Source: Lepidodermella squamata
Lineage: Eukaryota > Animalia > Gastrotricha
Length of the DNA stretch: 64,000 nt
Direction: 5' to 3'
Assembly (NCBI GenBank): GCA_047495785.1
Contig: JBLDXI010000009.1
Location: 3,286,001-3,350,000 of the forward strand
Of this stretch, positions 1 through 11,762 are shown one piece after another. The translations under genes were made by a program, and so were the position numbers. How positions within the stretch are numbered: the stretch's first letter is position 1; the number at the start of each line of letters is the position of its first letter. Below the pieces are notes generated by a model. The model was given only the letters and a program-made list of their open reading frames with translations, did no database searches and had not been told where the DNA came from.

Positions 1-168
1 TGGAAATATTTATGATTTTCAACTGATCATTCATTCACTGCCCATGTCATGACATATGCATTATTATGCTGGCTATCGTCTGAGCTAATTTCGAATAAAG
101 CCAGAATTATTGGATCATATTTTTTATTTTTAAAAATTCCTCTTTTTGTTGAATTTTTCAAGTAATTT

Positions 169-3100
169 CGTTCGTGTTGCGACGTAAGAGACCGCCAGTG
201 CTAGCGCATATTTCTATATATCATTATACGGCTATATTGCGGCTGTTTACAACTGTGGAGCGGTTGCATCCCAAATTACTATCTCCGGTTCAAGGGCTAT
301 AAAATTGCCATTAGCTGCGATTGCTATCTTGCGTTCTTGGACTCTTGAAGATAAAAGAAGATGAATTCATCTGCTTCGCCTATCCTTCCTATAATTCTTC
401 AAAGTTTTCTCGCGATCTTCTGCAATTCTTCGATTGAAGATTTTACAGGTAGCAAAAACCAGCTGCCGTGACCAATGAAAAAGTATTATTATCCGTGACC
501 CGTCGCAGTACATCTTTATTTTCAACGCAGCGAAATAATTGAAAATGAACAAAGGAAATGAAACCAAGAGAATAATTTATCACACTTTGTTTCAACAGAA
601 ATGGCGATAACAGGTTGAATAATATCGGAAGAGCCAGCACTCAGCAATAGTATAGTAGCGACCTTTTGCCGGAATTTCGCTATTTTTCCATTTCCGATTC
701 CCAATCAATATCCAATATCCAATCAGCTATAAATAAAGTGGAGATTTCGAGTAAAAGTTTAAGTAAAATAATCCTATCAACAACGCAGAAATTAAAATTT
801 AATACAGCAGCTAATTGGATGTACTATTACTGTATACTATTAGATAGCTTCAGGAGATACGATAGTAATGAATCACTAATACCTATTTTAGAAATGAGCC
901 ATTCTAAAAAAGTCTTTGATTTCTACGATAAATTATAGAATGATGCTAATGAACACGTAATATTACTGGAAGGAGATCTCGTCCATTGAAGTTTTGGCGG
1001 ATAAATCTTTGAAGTGTCGCAATTAGGAAACAAGCGGTCAGTAACGATTTCTGAAAATGTATCACTTAAAACCGAAATGAACTAACAATTTTCAAGAATC
1101 CATGACGGCGATACTCCATTGGTTATGTAACTAAAACTAACTAACTAACGATAACTAAATTGGCAAACCACAGAAATGGGACTGAAGGTAATATCAGAGT
1201 TTGTATGTGAATGAAAGGGGGGAGCAAACTTGTCACCCGTCAACTGTCTCTAATTGACGTGAACAAGCCCGATTCCGAGTTATTCAACGACGCTAACGAC
1301 TACGGGGCGGTGATGGTAATTCATCCTACACTGACTGCTTTGGTTTAGCTGTTTTCTTCCCCTTCAAAGCAAAGAATGTCCATATCTATTGGCCAATTAA
1401 GTGTTAAATTTCAATTCCTAACCCAGAGCAGATCAGATTGGTCTCTAAAAAGCTGCGCTTTGATTTAGCCTTGCAAGGCGTAGAACAAATCGCTCCATCG
1501 CTCCAGAGATCTACCTTAACCCTTTTTCACCGCCGGCATTTTTGGCGGCCGGAAAGCCTTGGCAGACAATCAGACAATCTCTGACAGCAGACAATCTCCG
1601 GCCGCACCAACATGGGAATGCTCTTTCATCGGCAGCAGATTTTTTAGCTTCAAGCACATTTTTCTTTCGCAATCGCGAGCGGAGGGGGTTAATTAACAGA
1701 GGCCTTTATAAACAAGTAATTACCTAAGCGGACTGCTTCCCCACAACTTGAGTCAATATGAGCGATTCCTTCAGCGGTACTTATTTTTCCTAAGCGATTC
1801 TATGCGCAGAGAGAACGAAGTGATCTATGCCTATGCTGTATAACTTTTTCCAGTACGGGCCACAGTTGTAAAGCGCTGGGCAGCCGACACAACTGGGGGT
1901 CTTAACTTCAATTCACCTTACTTGTTTTGCTCTAACTGTTTTCTACTCGAACAAAGATGATGGAAAATGTTCAAAATGGCCGCATTGGACCCACCAAACC
2001 AGTGGTTAATAATATATGCGAGCGAAGCGAGCTTTAGCCAACGGAAATTTACAGAAATTTTGGCTGAAAGTAGTATAAAATTGGTTGATATTCGCGTCAT
2101 GATCGAAGGAAACGGGTAGCCGGTCGCATTCCAGCCATTATTCGAGAGAAGCTTTCCGGCCGCGGTGAACAACTCCGCCGGCCGCAGGCGGCCGGAAAAA
2201 CCGATTTTGTGGAACACTGCCGTAACCCATTCTCAGGATAAAGTACGCGCCACTTTTTTGCCTTCCCTTACTCTGAAACCCTGAGAATTATTCTGCATTC
2301 ACGCCAATAGATCGGTTAATTTGAAGTGCCGTAAGCACTTCTGATAGCCCTAATTATAGATAGGATTTAGGATTCCAGCCAAAATGATCGAGTAGATTGT
2401 TTTCTTTTGATATAACTACTATTGGTATTAGTATAATCAGCACCATCGGACCAAATGTGACGTAGTATTTCCTTAAGAAATCCGCGCAAAAATCGTGAAA
2501 CCCAAATTTGAATGGTGGGTCACGTTTTGTCGTATACGAATCACGCCAAGCGAGTTGCATGTCAAGCATTCCTCAAATACGGCGGTTTCGTTGCTCATTG
2601 CTAATCATCAATCATCGCTAAATCGCTAAGCAGATCACATTACCAAGACAATCCGCTATCTTTCTTAGGATGCAGGGATACAAGCCATCCTTACAATTCT
2701 TGAATGCTACCAACTTCATTAACTTTGTGTGATTCTACTATTGACCTAATGTGGCTGCGAATCTACTTCAGCGATTCCACGAGCTTCGGGGAAGGTTTTT
2801 GTTCAGTTTGTCCTAACAGATCAACGGCTCATATTTGTATGATATATAGCACGAGTAAAGAGTTATATCTGAACGGAGCCGGCCGAGATTTACGAATCGA
2901 AACGAGTCGGAGGCGAGTTGAGATGAGTATTTAAGAAGGATATCCAAATGTCTGCGAGATAATGGAGAAGTATAACCACAGATTAGATTATAGCTAATAG
3001 CGTAATAAGTGCTCTCTTGGCAGTTTCATGATTTAGGGGCTGAATAATAGAAAAATTGGCTCATCTAGTCCATAATTCCAAAATATGCATTTTACGTGAT

Positions 3101-3493
3101 GATAACTGTATGGGTCCCATGAAATGTTGAAAGTTTGAACAATAAGTGGTGATGGTCAGAGAGAGAGAGAGAGAGAGAGTTTAGCCTACGGATGTTGAGG
3201 AAAATTGATGGAATTATCCTAGACTACGCTCGAAGGGAACGAATATGAAATAAGCAAGATATGGATAAATTTGGTTGATCTTAAGAATTTAGCCATGATA
3301 ACGGAGAAATTGTCTGAAACGTTTGTGCGCAGTACGCATTCTGGTAGGCGTTGTAACCGCTCGGTATCGGATGCGCCGCAATAATGATGCTATTACCGAC
3401 TAATAAAAAGTAGCTTATACCAGTACCAAGTATTTTATTACAAACAGCATGAAAGTACTGCCTAACGAGGTCTCTTACGTCGCAACACGAACG
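169..3493. mobile_element. Non-autonomous/decayed TIR DNA transposon, Sola1-like (25-bp perfect TIRs, 4-bp ATTT TSD)
   Basis: CGTTCGTGTTGCGACGTAAGAGACC at 169-193 is the exact reverse complement of 3469-3493. ATTT flanks both sides (165-168 and 3494-3497). No intact transposase ORF inside. The superfamily call rests only on the AWWT-type 4-bp TSD. Confidence 0.7.
3158..3179. repeat. (AG)11 microsatellite
   Basis: Direct reading. Confidence 0.95.
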
Positions 3494-3721
3494 ATTTAAG
3501 CACAACTTCATTTGAAAATACCCCCATCCTCAACAAACGCTCACAGGGTAATTAATTCAAAAAATTGAATATAAACACCATCTGATAAGATGCGTCTCGT
3601 GAGATGCTTAGGTTTAAGCTCTTCAAAAACAATTTACATCATGCCCAAGTTCAAATTCGAGTGCATCCACAAAGACCGGTTTAGAGGCTTAGACGGTATC
3701 ATCACATCACAAGTAAACAAG

Positions 3722-4751
3722 ATGCTCATCTCAGTCATATTTTCAACTATTTTTGCCCTTGCCTCAGCATGCAAATCAAATTCTGCGTTTGGCGATCGAC
3801 CAGTCACCAGGCGACCTGTACCGCCGATTACTGAGGTTTTTCACCAATTTTTGCCCAAAGATGTTACCTTGTCGTAATTCCTAGGCACCAAGGCCGCCAT
3901 GCACCAAGCGATCGATTTTTGAAGCGGCGGCAACTGGCGACTTGAATTGTCTAGAAATTTATCTTGAGCAAGGAATTAAGGTGGACGAAATTTACGACAA
4001 TGTTGAGTACAACAAATCCAGCGATGGCTTGACTCCTCTTTTACTGGCAGCCCTGAGTAATCAGCCAGCAGCTGTAAGATTCCTCGCTGAATATGGAGCT
4101 GATGTCCAAGCTCGAGCTTTGAAAACGAAATACACTGCCTTGATGTACGTAGCTCCTCTAGGGAAGACGGAAATGGTCAAAGCTCTCGTAGATTCTGGGG
4201 CAAATGTTGACTATCGATATTCGGATGAAGATAATGCAACCCCTTTAATCCGAGCTGCCGCGAATGGTCACCATGAAACTGTGAAGGTGCTGCTTCAGGG
4301 TGGAGCTGCAATTGACATTGCAACGAATGGCTACCAAACGGCCTTAATGTTCGCAGCAGCTAATGGAACCGCTGATGTTGTCAAATTGTTGATAGAACGA
4401 GGAGCCGACGCAAATGCTCAGGACTTGAACGGGAAATCCTGCCTGCACTACGCTGCGATAAATGCGAGCTCTGCAGCTCAAGCAATTCAAGTAGCACAGC
4501 TATTGGTTGGACTTGGGAAGGCGAACATCAACGTAGCTGAGTGGGTTAACGGCACTACGCCCTTAATTTCCTTGACTTGTTGCCGATCTGCGATTACTTC
4601 TGACGCTGACATGAAGTCAATTGCCATTGCTTTAGTGGATCTTGGAGCGAATGTTGATAAGAAGAACAAAGCTGGACGAAAAGCTAGCTACTACGCTGAA
4701 ACCAAAGGGTACCTCAACACTCTTCAATATTTGAAATCGAAGGAAATATAA
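3722..4751 (+). CDS. Ankyrin-repeat protein with N-terminal signal peptide (exons 3722-3835, 3885-4751)
   Basis: Exon 1 MLISVIFSTIFALASACK...PPITE joins in phase 0 through a 49-nt GT-AG intron to APRPPCTKRSIFEAAATGDLNCLE. About 7 ankyrin repeats follow (GLTPLLLAA, TALMYVA, ATPLIRAAANGH, TALMFAAANG, GKSCLHYAA, GTTPLISL). Confidence 0.85.
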
Positions 4752-5309
4752 AGTAGCAACTAAAACGCAGAACAATGATAACCTTCAAGTTTTATAAACC
4801 CCCAATATTACTTGATGGGGATTGATAAAAATAATATAATAAAGCTATCCTTTATCAAGTGAAAAGGTTATTTTATGACAGTTTGCTCATTTCACTTGGG
4901 CAAAACAATAATTCCGAACTTCAAGCTGCTTCTTTAAAGATGAGTGAATCATAGAGAACGAGAGGTTAACTTTAGCCAAAGTAACGAAAGGATTGAGCTG
5001 TAAAGGAATGTCATTCGCGCCTAGAAGCGGGCGTTCATTCTTAACACTTAGTTGTATTTACCCGGAGGCTGAGTCACCCTATAGCCGCATAGTAGCAGCG
5101 TGAGTTTGACAATGCTAACCTGCGCTCAAACCACTGCTTCGTCAATAATTGAGCCGAGAGTGCGCGCCGAATCCAAGAATTCCAAGCTACCATGTCATAA
5201 AGGCTGAGAGAAACAATCAAGAGTAGTAAACCATTATATTTGTTAAGATTTTATGATAACTTTCTAATTTTCCGCCAATCTTTTAGGCTTTAAATTAGGA
5301 ACTACTGAA

Positions 5310-5687
5310 ATGAGCCAAGCACATCGCTCAGTCAAAAGTGACTCCATCTCAGCGGTTTTCCCACCCCCTACAACAATTTACCAACCACCACCACCCAAGA
5401 AGCGATGCACCCGAACTTGCTGCTTCGTCGGTACTGCAGTTGGTGTCATTCTCGGTTTGATGGTGCTTGGCGTTATCATTTACGTCGTCATGGTCGTAGA
5501 ATCCCAATGCTACCGCGGTTGCCAAAGAATGTGTACCAATGAGAACCACTGTATCGACAATTGCTGGAGCATTTGCTGGAAAGCCCAATGGACTAAATGC
5601 CCGGAGGATGGGGCGAAAGCTTGTGCTTACATTCTCTGGGACAAAGCTGTTATCAACATTGGCGGTCTTTTCGGAAAGAGGAGGTAA
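5310..5687 (+). CDS. Small type II membrane protein: Pro-rich N-terminus, one TM, 8-Cys C-terminal domain ending GGLFGKRR
   Basis: 125-aa ATG ORF with hydrophobic stretch FVGTAVGVILGLMVLGVIIYVVMVV followed by CxxxCxxxC...CxxxCxxxC spacing. Confidence 0.7.
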   Translation: MSQAHRSVKSDSISAVFPPPTTIYQPPPPKKRCTRTCCFVGTAVGVILGLMVLGVIIYVVMVVESQCYRGCQRMCTNENHCIDNCWSICWKAQWTKCPEDGAKACAYILWDKAVINIGGLFGKRR

Positions 5688-8600
5688 ATGATATGCTCCT
5701 CTTGCAGATCGTCGCGTCTTGGATGAAAGAATCGCAATAGCTTTATTTTCATTATTTGAAGGGAAATTTATTTTGTATCTAAGCTTGCTTCAGTTATGCA
5801 AAACTTCAACTGCTTTGAAGTTTGAAGTTTGGAGCAAAAATTGAATAAAAATGCTCGTTTTGATAATCTAGGCTGAATTTTGCTTTTCAAGGCTTCTTTT
5901 ATTTGTTGCCATACTGTTTTCGGGCTCTTGGACTGTATCGAAAGCAGAGAATGACCGCTAGACAATAATTGATACGACAGTAATAAGCACCCTCGCTATC
6001 ATTTTGGTTCTAAGCTGCTCTGTAATTGCGAGCCACAGCAGCAGAAGGAAAAGGTCCGAAAAATAACAAAACACTTGTGGCGACTGCGCATCGATCCGCA
6101 CCTCTTGAGCAGCGTACAATAGGGCCAGAGGCAGTAGGCCGCACCACACCGTTCGCACGGCGCCTCAACAATGCTCGGATGGTAATAATTACTATTAACC
6201 ATCATCGCAAGTGTAGACCGCTACTCTCATCAGGTTCTCTCAGTATATGCTTGCGTATGTGCAGTGCTATAGGAATGCCTTAGATGAGGAATGCGCGTTC
6301 CGGTTCCTGGCTGCTGCTCGTTTCTTTGCTCAATGAGACAACCATCATCATCTGTCAACTGTCAACTTGAGCCGCCGTGTTACATAAAATGTAACCATTT
6401 TCTGATGACGGCACTCAACGTATTAGGGCACCACTTGGCGCGTAATCGGCCACTGCTGAAAAAAGCATTGCAAATATATTTTCGCAGCGAATTTTCTCAT
6501 CTGCAAGCTTTAAATGGCGAAATTTGAGTATTTTGGGAAACAAATCCTAATTCCTCCCTTTGTTTTTACCTTTTTATTATATTTCGATCTTTGAGCATTA
6601 AGGGTGTTTCACAATCCTGCGAAAAAAATCGGAGAAAAGGGACAAAAATGGCGAAACTAGACATAACAACGTCTGGAGCCTAATGTCGCGGAACGATAAA
6701 TTAACGCAAAACAACGCCGCGCGCAGCTATAATCGGCGAGTTGTAAACACCCTACTCAACACCAAACACTTGTTTGCCGCCAGTCATTGTTTTTCTCAGC
6801 CTTCTTCGCTTTTTCCTCTCCTAAATATCGACAAAAGTTACTCATTCATTTATTTTCATGCGATGATTTTTGTTGTAGCCAAGGGTCTCGCATTTCAAGA
6901 CGCTGGAGAGTGGAGCGCCAATTTTTCGGCTATAATTATTATTTTTGTCGATGTTTTTGAGAGGTCCTAATCGAAATAGAGCGTGGAGAAACATTAGTCA
7001 ATATTATAAGAAAATTCCACCTTAATTTTTGTTTCTTCGACATCTTTTGAAAGATTTTTGACATTTCAATAGTTTTTCCGGTTTCTTTCCAATTAGCTAT
7101 GGGGGAAATGCACCAAGTGCACCCGTTTGCAAATTGGCAGCTCTTTAAGGCGATACACTGATAGTCGCCATGGAGAGAGAAATTCATTTAACGCGATATA
7201 TACGCGCGCGCGGTCTGTTTTTCGCGTGTCCCTGATATCATTTCATGCGCACAAGTCAATTTTTATTGCTCTACACGCATGCGCAGTAATGCGATAAAGC
7301 AGCCAAGTCCCTCTCCTGAGTGGTCATCGTTATTAGCATTTATTTATTGACTGGACGGCAAATAATGTTTAATAACATTGCCCTGGAGGCTAATAAAATC
7401 GTTCGCAGAATAATGACAACAAAAATTCAGCTGGGAGAAATTGCAGCAAAATAAAATTCACCCTCTTTTATATTTTCAGAAAATTCTCTGAATTATCGCT
7501 CATTTTTGCGCAATCAAGTGATAAGCCGTTGTGGAAATATTAGCCTCGATGGTTATCTAACGATCAAAGGCCCTAATGACCCGTCATTTTTGCCTTGGAA
7601 ATCAGTTTATTTGTGACATCACTTGCGGTTTATTATATCAGATATGTCACACGCGGCTTGGCCGTGATTGGATGCGCGTTATGTGTTAAGATAAACACGT
7701 TCGCGCGCGATATTTGAGCGTGTCTCTCGTGTGGCGGCGGCCAGGGCGCATATGTTGCGCGCGCAAACAGAACACAGATGAAACTTCCGGGCGTGAATAA
7801 CGATCGCGGCGCATTCTCGAGTATCACAGTCGTGTCGGCACCAGTCGCCGTCGCCGGCAAAAAGCGCCGATATTTCTAATCCCGTCGCCGTGTGCCTATC
7901 ACACGTTGCGGCGGCGAAATTTTTAAGGCGGCGTGCGCACGTTCAAATAAGTGCGCGTGATTTTAGCTCGCTGAACAAACTCTCGCGCGGGCCCCTCGAT
8001 CGCGAGACTCAAACAAGCGTTATGCAACTGCTACACATACACATAAATGCACACCTTTTCGCTTGTCTCGCCTGATCGATTTTGACACGATGTTATTAGG
8101 TGCGTTTTACAACCCCATCGCGTCCACCTTAACTTTTCACCGAGCTTGTCGTTTTATTATTAATTGACCGCGTCTTGTCTTGGTTCGCTCGTGCAAAAGG
8201 CCAATTTTAATTAGGCCCTTCGTGTTAGTGATCATTACTCGCGTGGCCTTTTCATCGCCGATGACCGAAATTAAATTATACCCCGCCAGACGCCGGCGCG
8301 CACCCGATTTTTCTGCCCAGCAGGTAGCCGTCGCACTGACCGGCTTAATAATAATAGGGTATGCCAGTGCAATGTCAAGTAAAAAAGCTCGATCGCTCTG
8401 TGTAATCGCCAATACCTAGTATAAATAAATAAATAAATTGGCGATAGATCTTCCGCTTTTTCACGTTTTGTATCGCACTTTTTTTTAGCCAATTCAGGTA
8501 GATTTAGTTACTTGAGTAAATAGTCATTAATTCTGCAATCGGACTAACTGGCCATTTTTCAGGCTATGAAAACAAATACTTAGTTTAGCAATTCAAGTAC

Positions 8601-11600
8601 CTTTTTCTTCGTTCATATTTCTTCAGTTTGGCGCTGCAACTTTTGGCCTTCATTTCGTGTAAATGCTAATGACGCTTTTCCTATTAAGGCTGCTTTAGGC
8701 TAAAATCAGATATGAGACGCAATTATTGAAATGATACGATTGTATTCTGCGAAAAATTGGCGCCTATTGTTTGAAAATTATATATAAACGCATTTTTAAA
8801 TTAATACTGCAATATTTTTATTCTAAGCGGCGCACTGGAGCAAAATACTAACAAATTGAACAGCGCGCAGCTGCTCAACTCATCTGCCTGGAAAATTCAA
8901 AACAAATAGGGCCTGTATTAAAAACAACGCAAGCTTTAGTAATTATTCCGCTCTCTCTTTCGCGTGTTTTATTTCAAGAAGAGAAATCGCTGCTTCTTTT
9001 GTAAATTAATACACAGCGTTGACCCGATTACAGCGCCACTTGTTTCTATCAAATTATCTTTGTTTTATTTTGATATACCGCCACTGTTTTATTTCGCGTT
9101 TCTTTTCATCGCTCAAAATTGAATTTGTAATTAAGTCGCTTCTGCCGCTCGGGCCGAAGCCTCGCGTCAAGTGAAATTACGCTAAGTTATTGTTAGCGAA
9201 ATTATTCAGAAAAATCGAAGCTTCTATTGCAGCCATCTAAAAAAAAATTATTAGTCTAAATTTCAGTCAGGAAAACTCGAAAATAATAATTCCACCTTAA
9301 TTAAATGTCTTTTTAAATTTGGTAATTTAAATCAAACTTTCGAATTTGGTCAGAAAATTTCGGGACCCTTTTATCAAAATGTCCCTTGTTAATTGTGAGA
9401 TTTATGGTGTCGCGCGCGTGTGCGCTCACCTTTTGAGCCGTTTAACTGCGCGCTTGACCCCGCCGTCGGCGTAAAAATAGCAACATCAGCAGAAGCGGCA
9501 CGAGGCATTAACGTAACGTAACGTAACGCACTATAAAAGACTGCGTTATCTGCCGCGCTCGAGCTGCGTTTTTAATGGCTCAGGAAGTTGTTCACTATGT
9601 CGCGGATTATTCGACGAGGTCAAACAAGGCCATGCGCGCGTTAAACACCGCACGGCCGTTTTGCTGCTGCCATTCAACCTTGAAAATGCCTCAGCTTCAT
9701 AAACTGCACCAAAGCCGTATACCATGCGATTCGGATAACGATTATAAGCATCAGCGTTGATGTTAATAGCATTCCCGCAGCTAAATCGCTGTCCACTTCG
9801 CTGCGACAGGTGTATAAAAGCGTTGTTACTCTTGTTTCACAGACTTTTCATCAATGTTTTATTTAATTTCGCAAAAATATTATTTGGTCTACATCACTCC
9901 ATTTTGTTGCACGTCTGCTGTCTTATTCCGCAGGTGCATTCTTCGGGCGTTACATCTGCGAGTTTATTTATTTATATAATCTGATTGTTTGTTTAGTTGC
10001 TCTGATCCCACTCTGCTCAATATTTCGAGTGAGTCCTGTTGTTATGTTTCGTTTACCTAGCTCTTCAGGTTGCACCGCTGCTTCTTCGATACAATACGCT
10101 GCCTTCATGTTGGAAATTATTGCTACATAATTTCAGAATTTCTGGACGTGATTTCTATTAGAGTCCCTGAAAGCGTCTCTAAATAACCAACCAGTCCCTA
10201 TTTCCTGCTACAGCTTTCTTCTAATTGTCCCTAAATTTATTCAAAATACCCAACTAATCGCGGTGAATTTCTAGTTTCTAGCGAAAACGTGGCTAACTAA
10301 TTTTTCCGACCTATAGCTCCAAGCTTACATGACGAGGAAAGCAGCAGTATGAATTTATTTTGGCATTAAGGTTGGCGTGTCCTAATTTTTACGTTGCGGA
10401 ACCAAAAAATTGAAACCAACCAAAAAAATTGATGATTTTTAAGAAACCATAAATGGCATTTTCAAAATATATTCAGAGATTTCTCTCTCGAGCCACAAGT
10501 AAGAAGCTAGTAAGAAACCTGAAAATCAATTCCTTGGAGGATTTATCTTAGGGTTTATGTCTCACTTCGCGCGAATCACATGTTATTCCTGAGCATTTTA
10601 ATTTCAAATAGTCAAATTGAGCTTTTTAGTAGCTTTAGACTTGAGTGCGCTAGTAGATAATATCCCATCTATCATATCGTTGGGTAAAACTAACATCCCC
10701 TCAGCTTCATTGTTTATTTTGTCTTTCCTATAAATATTTAATTTCCAATATATGCGAAATATTTTTGCTGAATTTCGGCGTATCGGCCTTATGTTGGCCG
10801 TTTCGGTTCATTGTCATGACAGCTAGCGATATGTGAAAACATATTTTGTCCTCTGCTTGGATCTAATTTTTCTTCAAAATTTTTCTTCATTTACAAATTC
10901 AACCTATATTTCGATAAAATCATCGAAAAATCAGTTCTATAAAATCACTCAAATTTTCGAATTATTGCTAGACTTTCTAGAGACTAGAAATTCACGGTTT
11001 GAAGGCTTCATTGAAACCATAGCTTTTAATCGGTGATGATATTCAAAATGTCCCTACCTATGCGGCCCATCTTGCTCGCGAGATAATATCGCGCTTTATT
11101 GTCGAGCCATTCTGGCAGGCGGCTTTAAGGTCGGTGCGACTACATGTTTGCTTGCTTTCCCCAAGTGCGCACGTGCAATAATTTTTTAACCGCAACGTTC
11201 GTCGCGCCTCGCCTCGTCGAATTATAGGCGCCGCGCATAACACGCTGACGCGCCAGAAGTGCGCCGTCTGTCAGGCATCCGATGACATATGAGCCGAAAA
11301 ATACCAAAAGGTGCACATTACTTGTCCATACATACGTGGCATCGGTAGCAGTCGTATAATTCGCACATGCGTCGCCAGTCATGCGAAGGGCGCTGATAAC
11401 TTCCGGTATTTAAAACAGCAGAGCCGCGAAGGGGCGGCGGCGGCGCCCAGTGTCAAGTGGCCAGCGCGCCGCACAACATATGCACAGACATAACAACATG
11501 CCGAGCAAATAACAGGCCTTATACATAGGAAGAGCCATCGGCTGGTCGACCGGAAATTGCCGCGCAGCTTTAAACGTCAAACCATGCGCGTAATACATGA

Positions 11601-11762
11601 ACATCATCATTACGCACAATCGTAACGCTGTTATCATTACAATGATGTGCTCGTATAATTCCTACCCGATTTTACCATTATTTTTGTTTTGACGCCTGTT
11701 ATTATTTATAGGTATATAATACCTATAGTGTGCGATATTAATTATCATAATTAACTCGCGCG

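Noticed and set aside
367-3511. Short ORFs inside the TIR element as a transposase or cargo gene
   Set aside because: No recognisable motifs and no consistent exon chain could be built by eye.
5958-6283. Cys-rich or hydrophobic short ORFs on both strands
   Set aside because: No convincing signal, family motif or splice structure; left unassigned.
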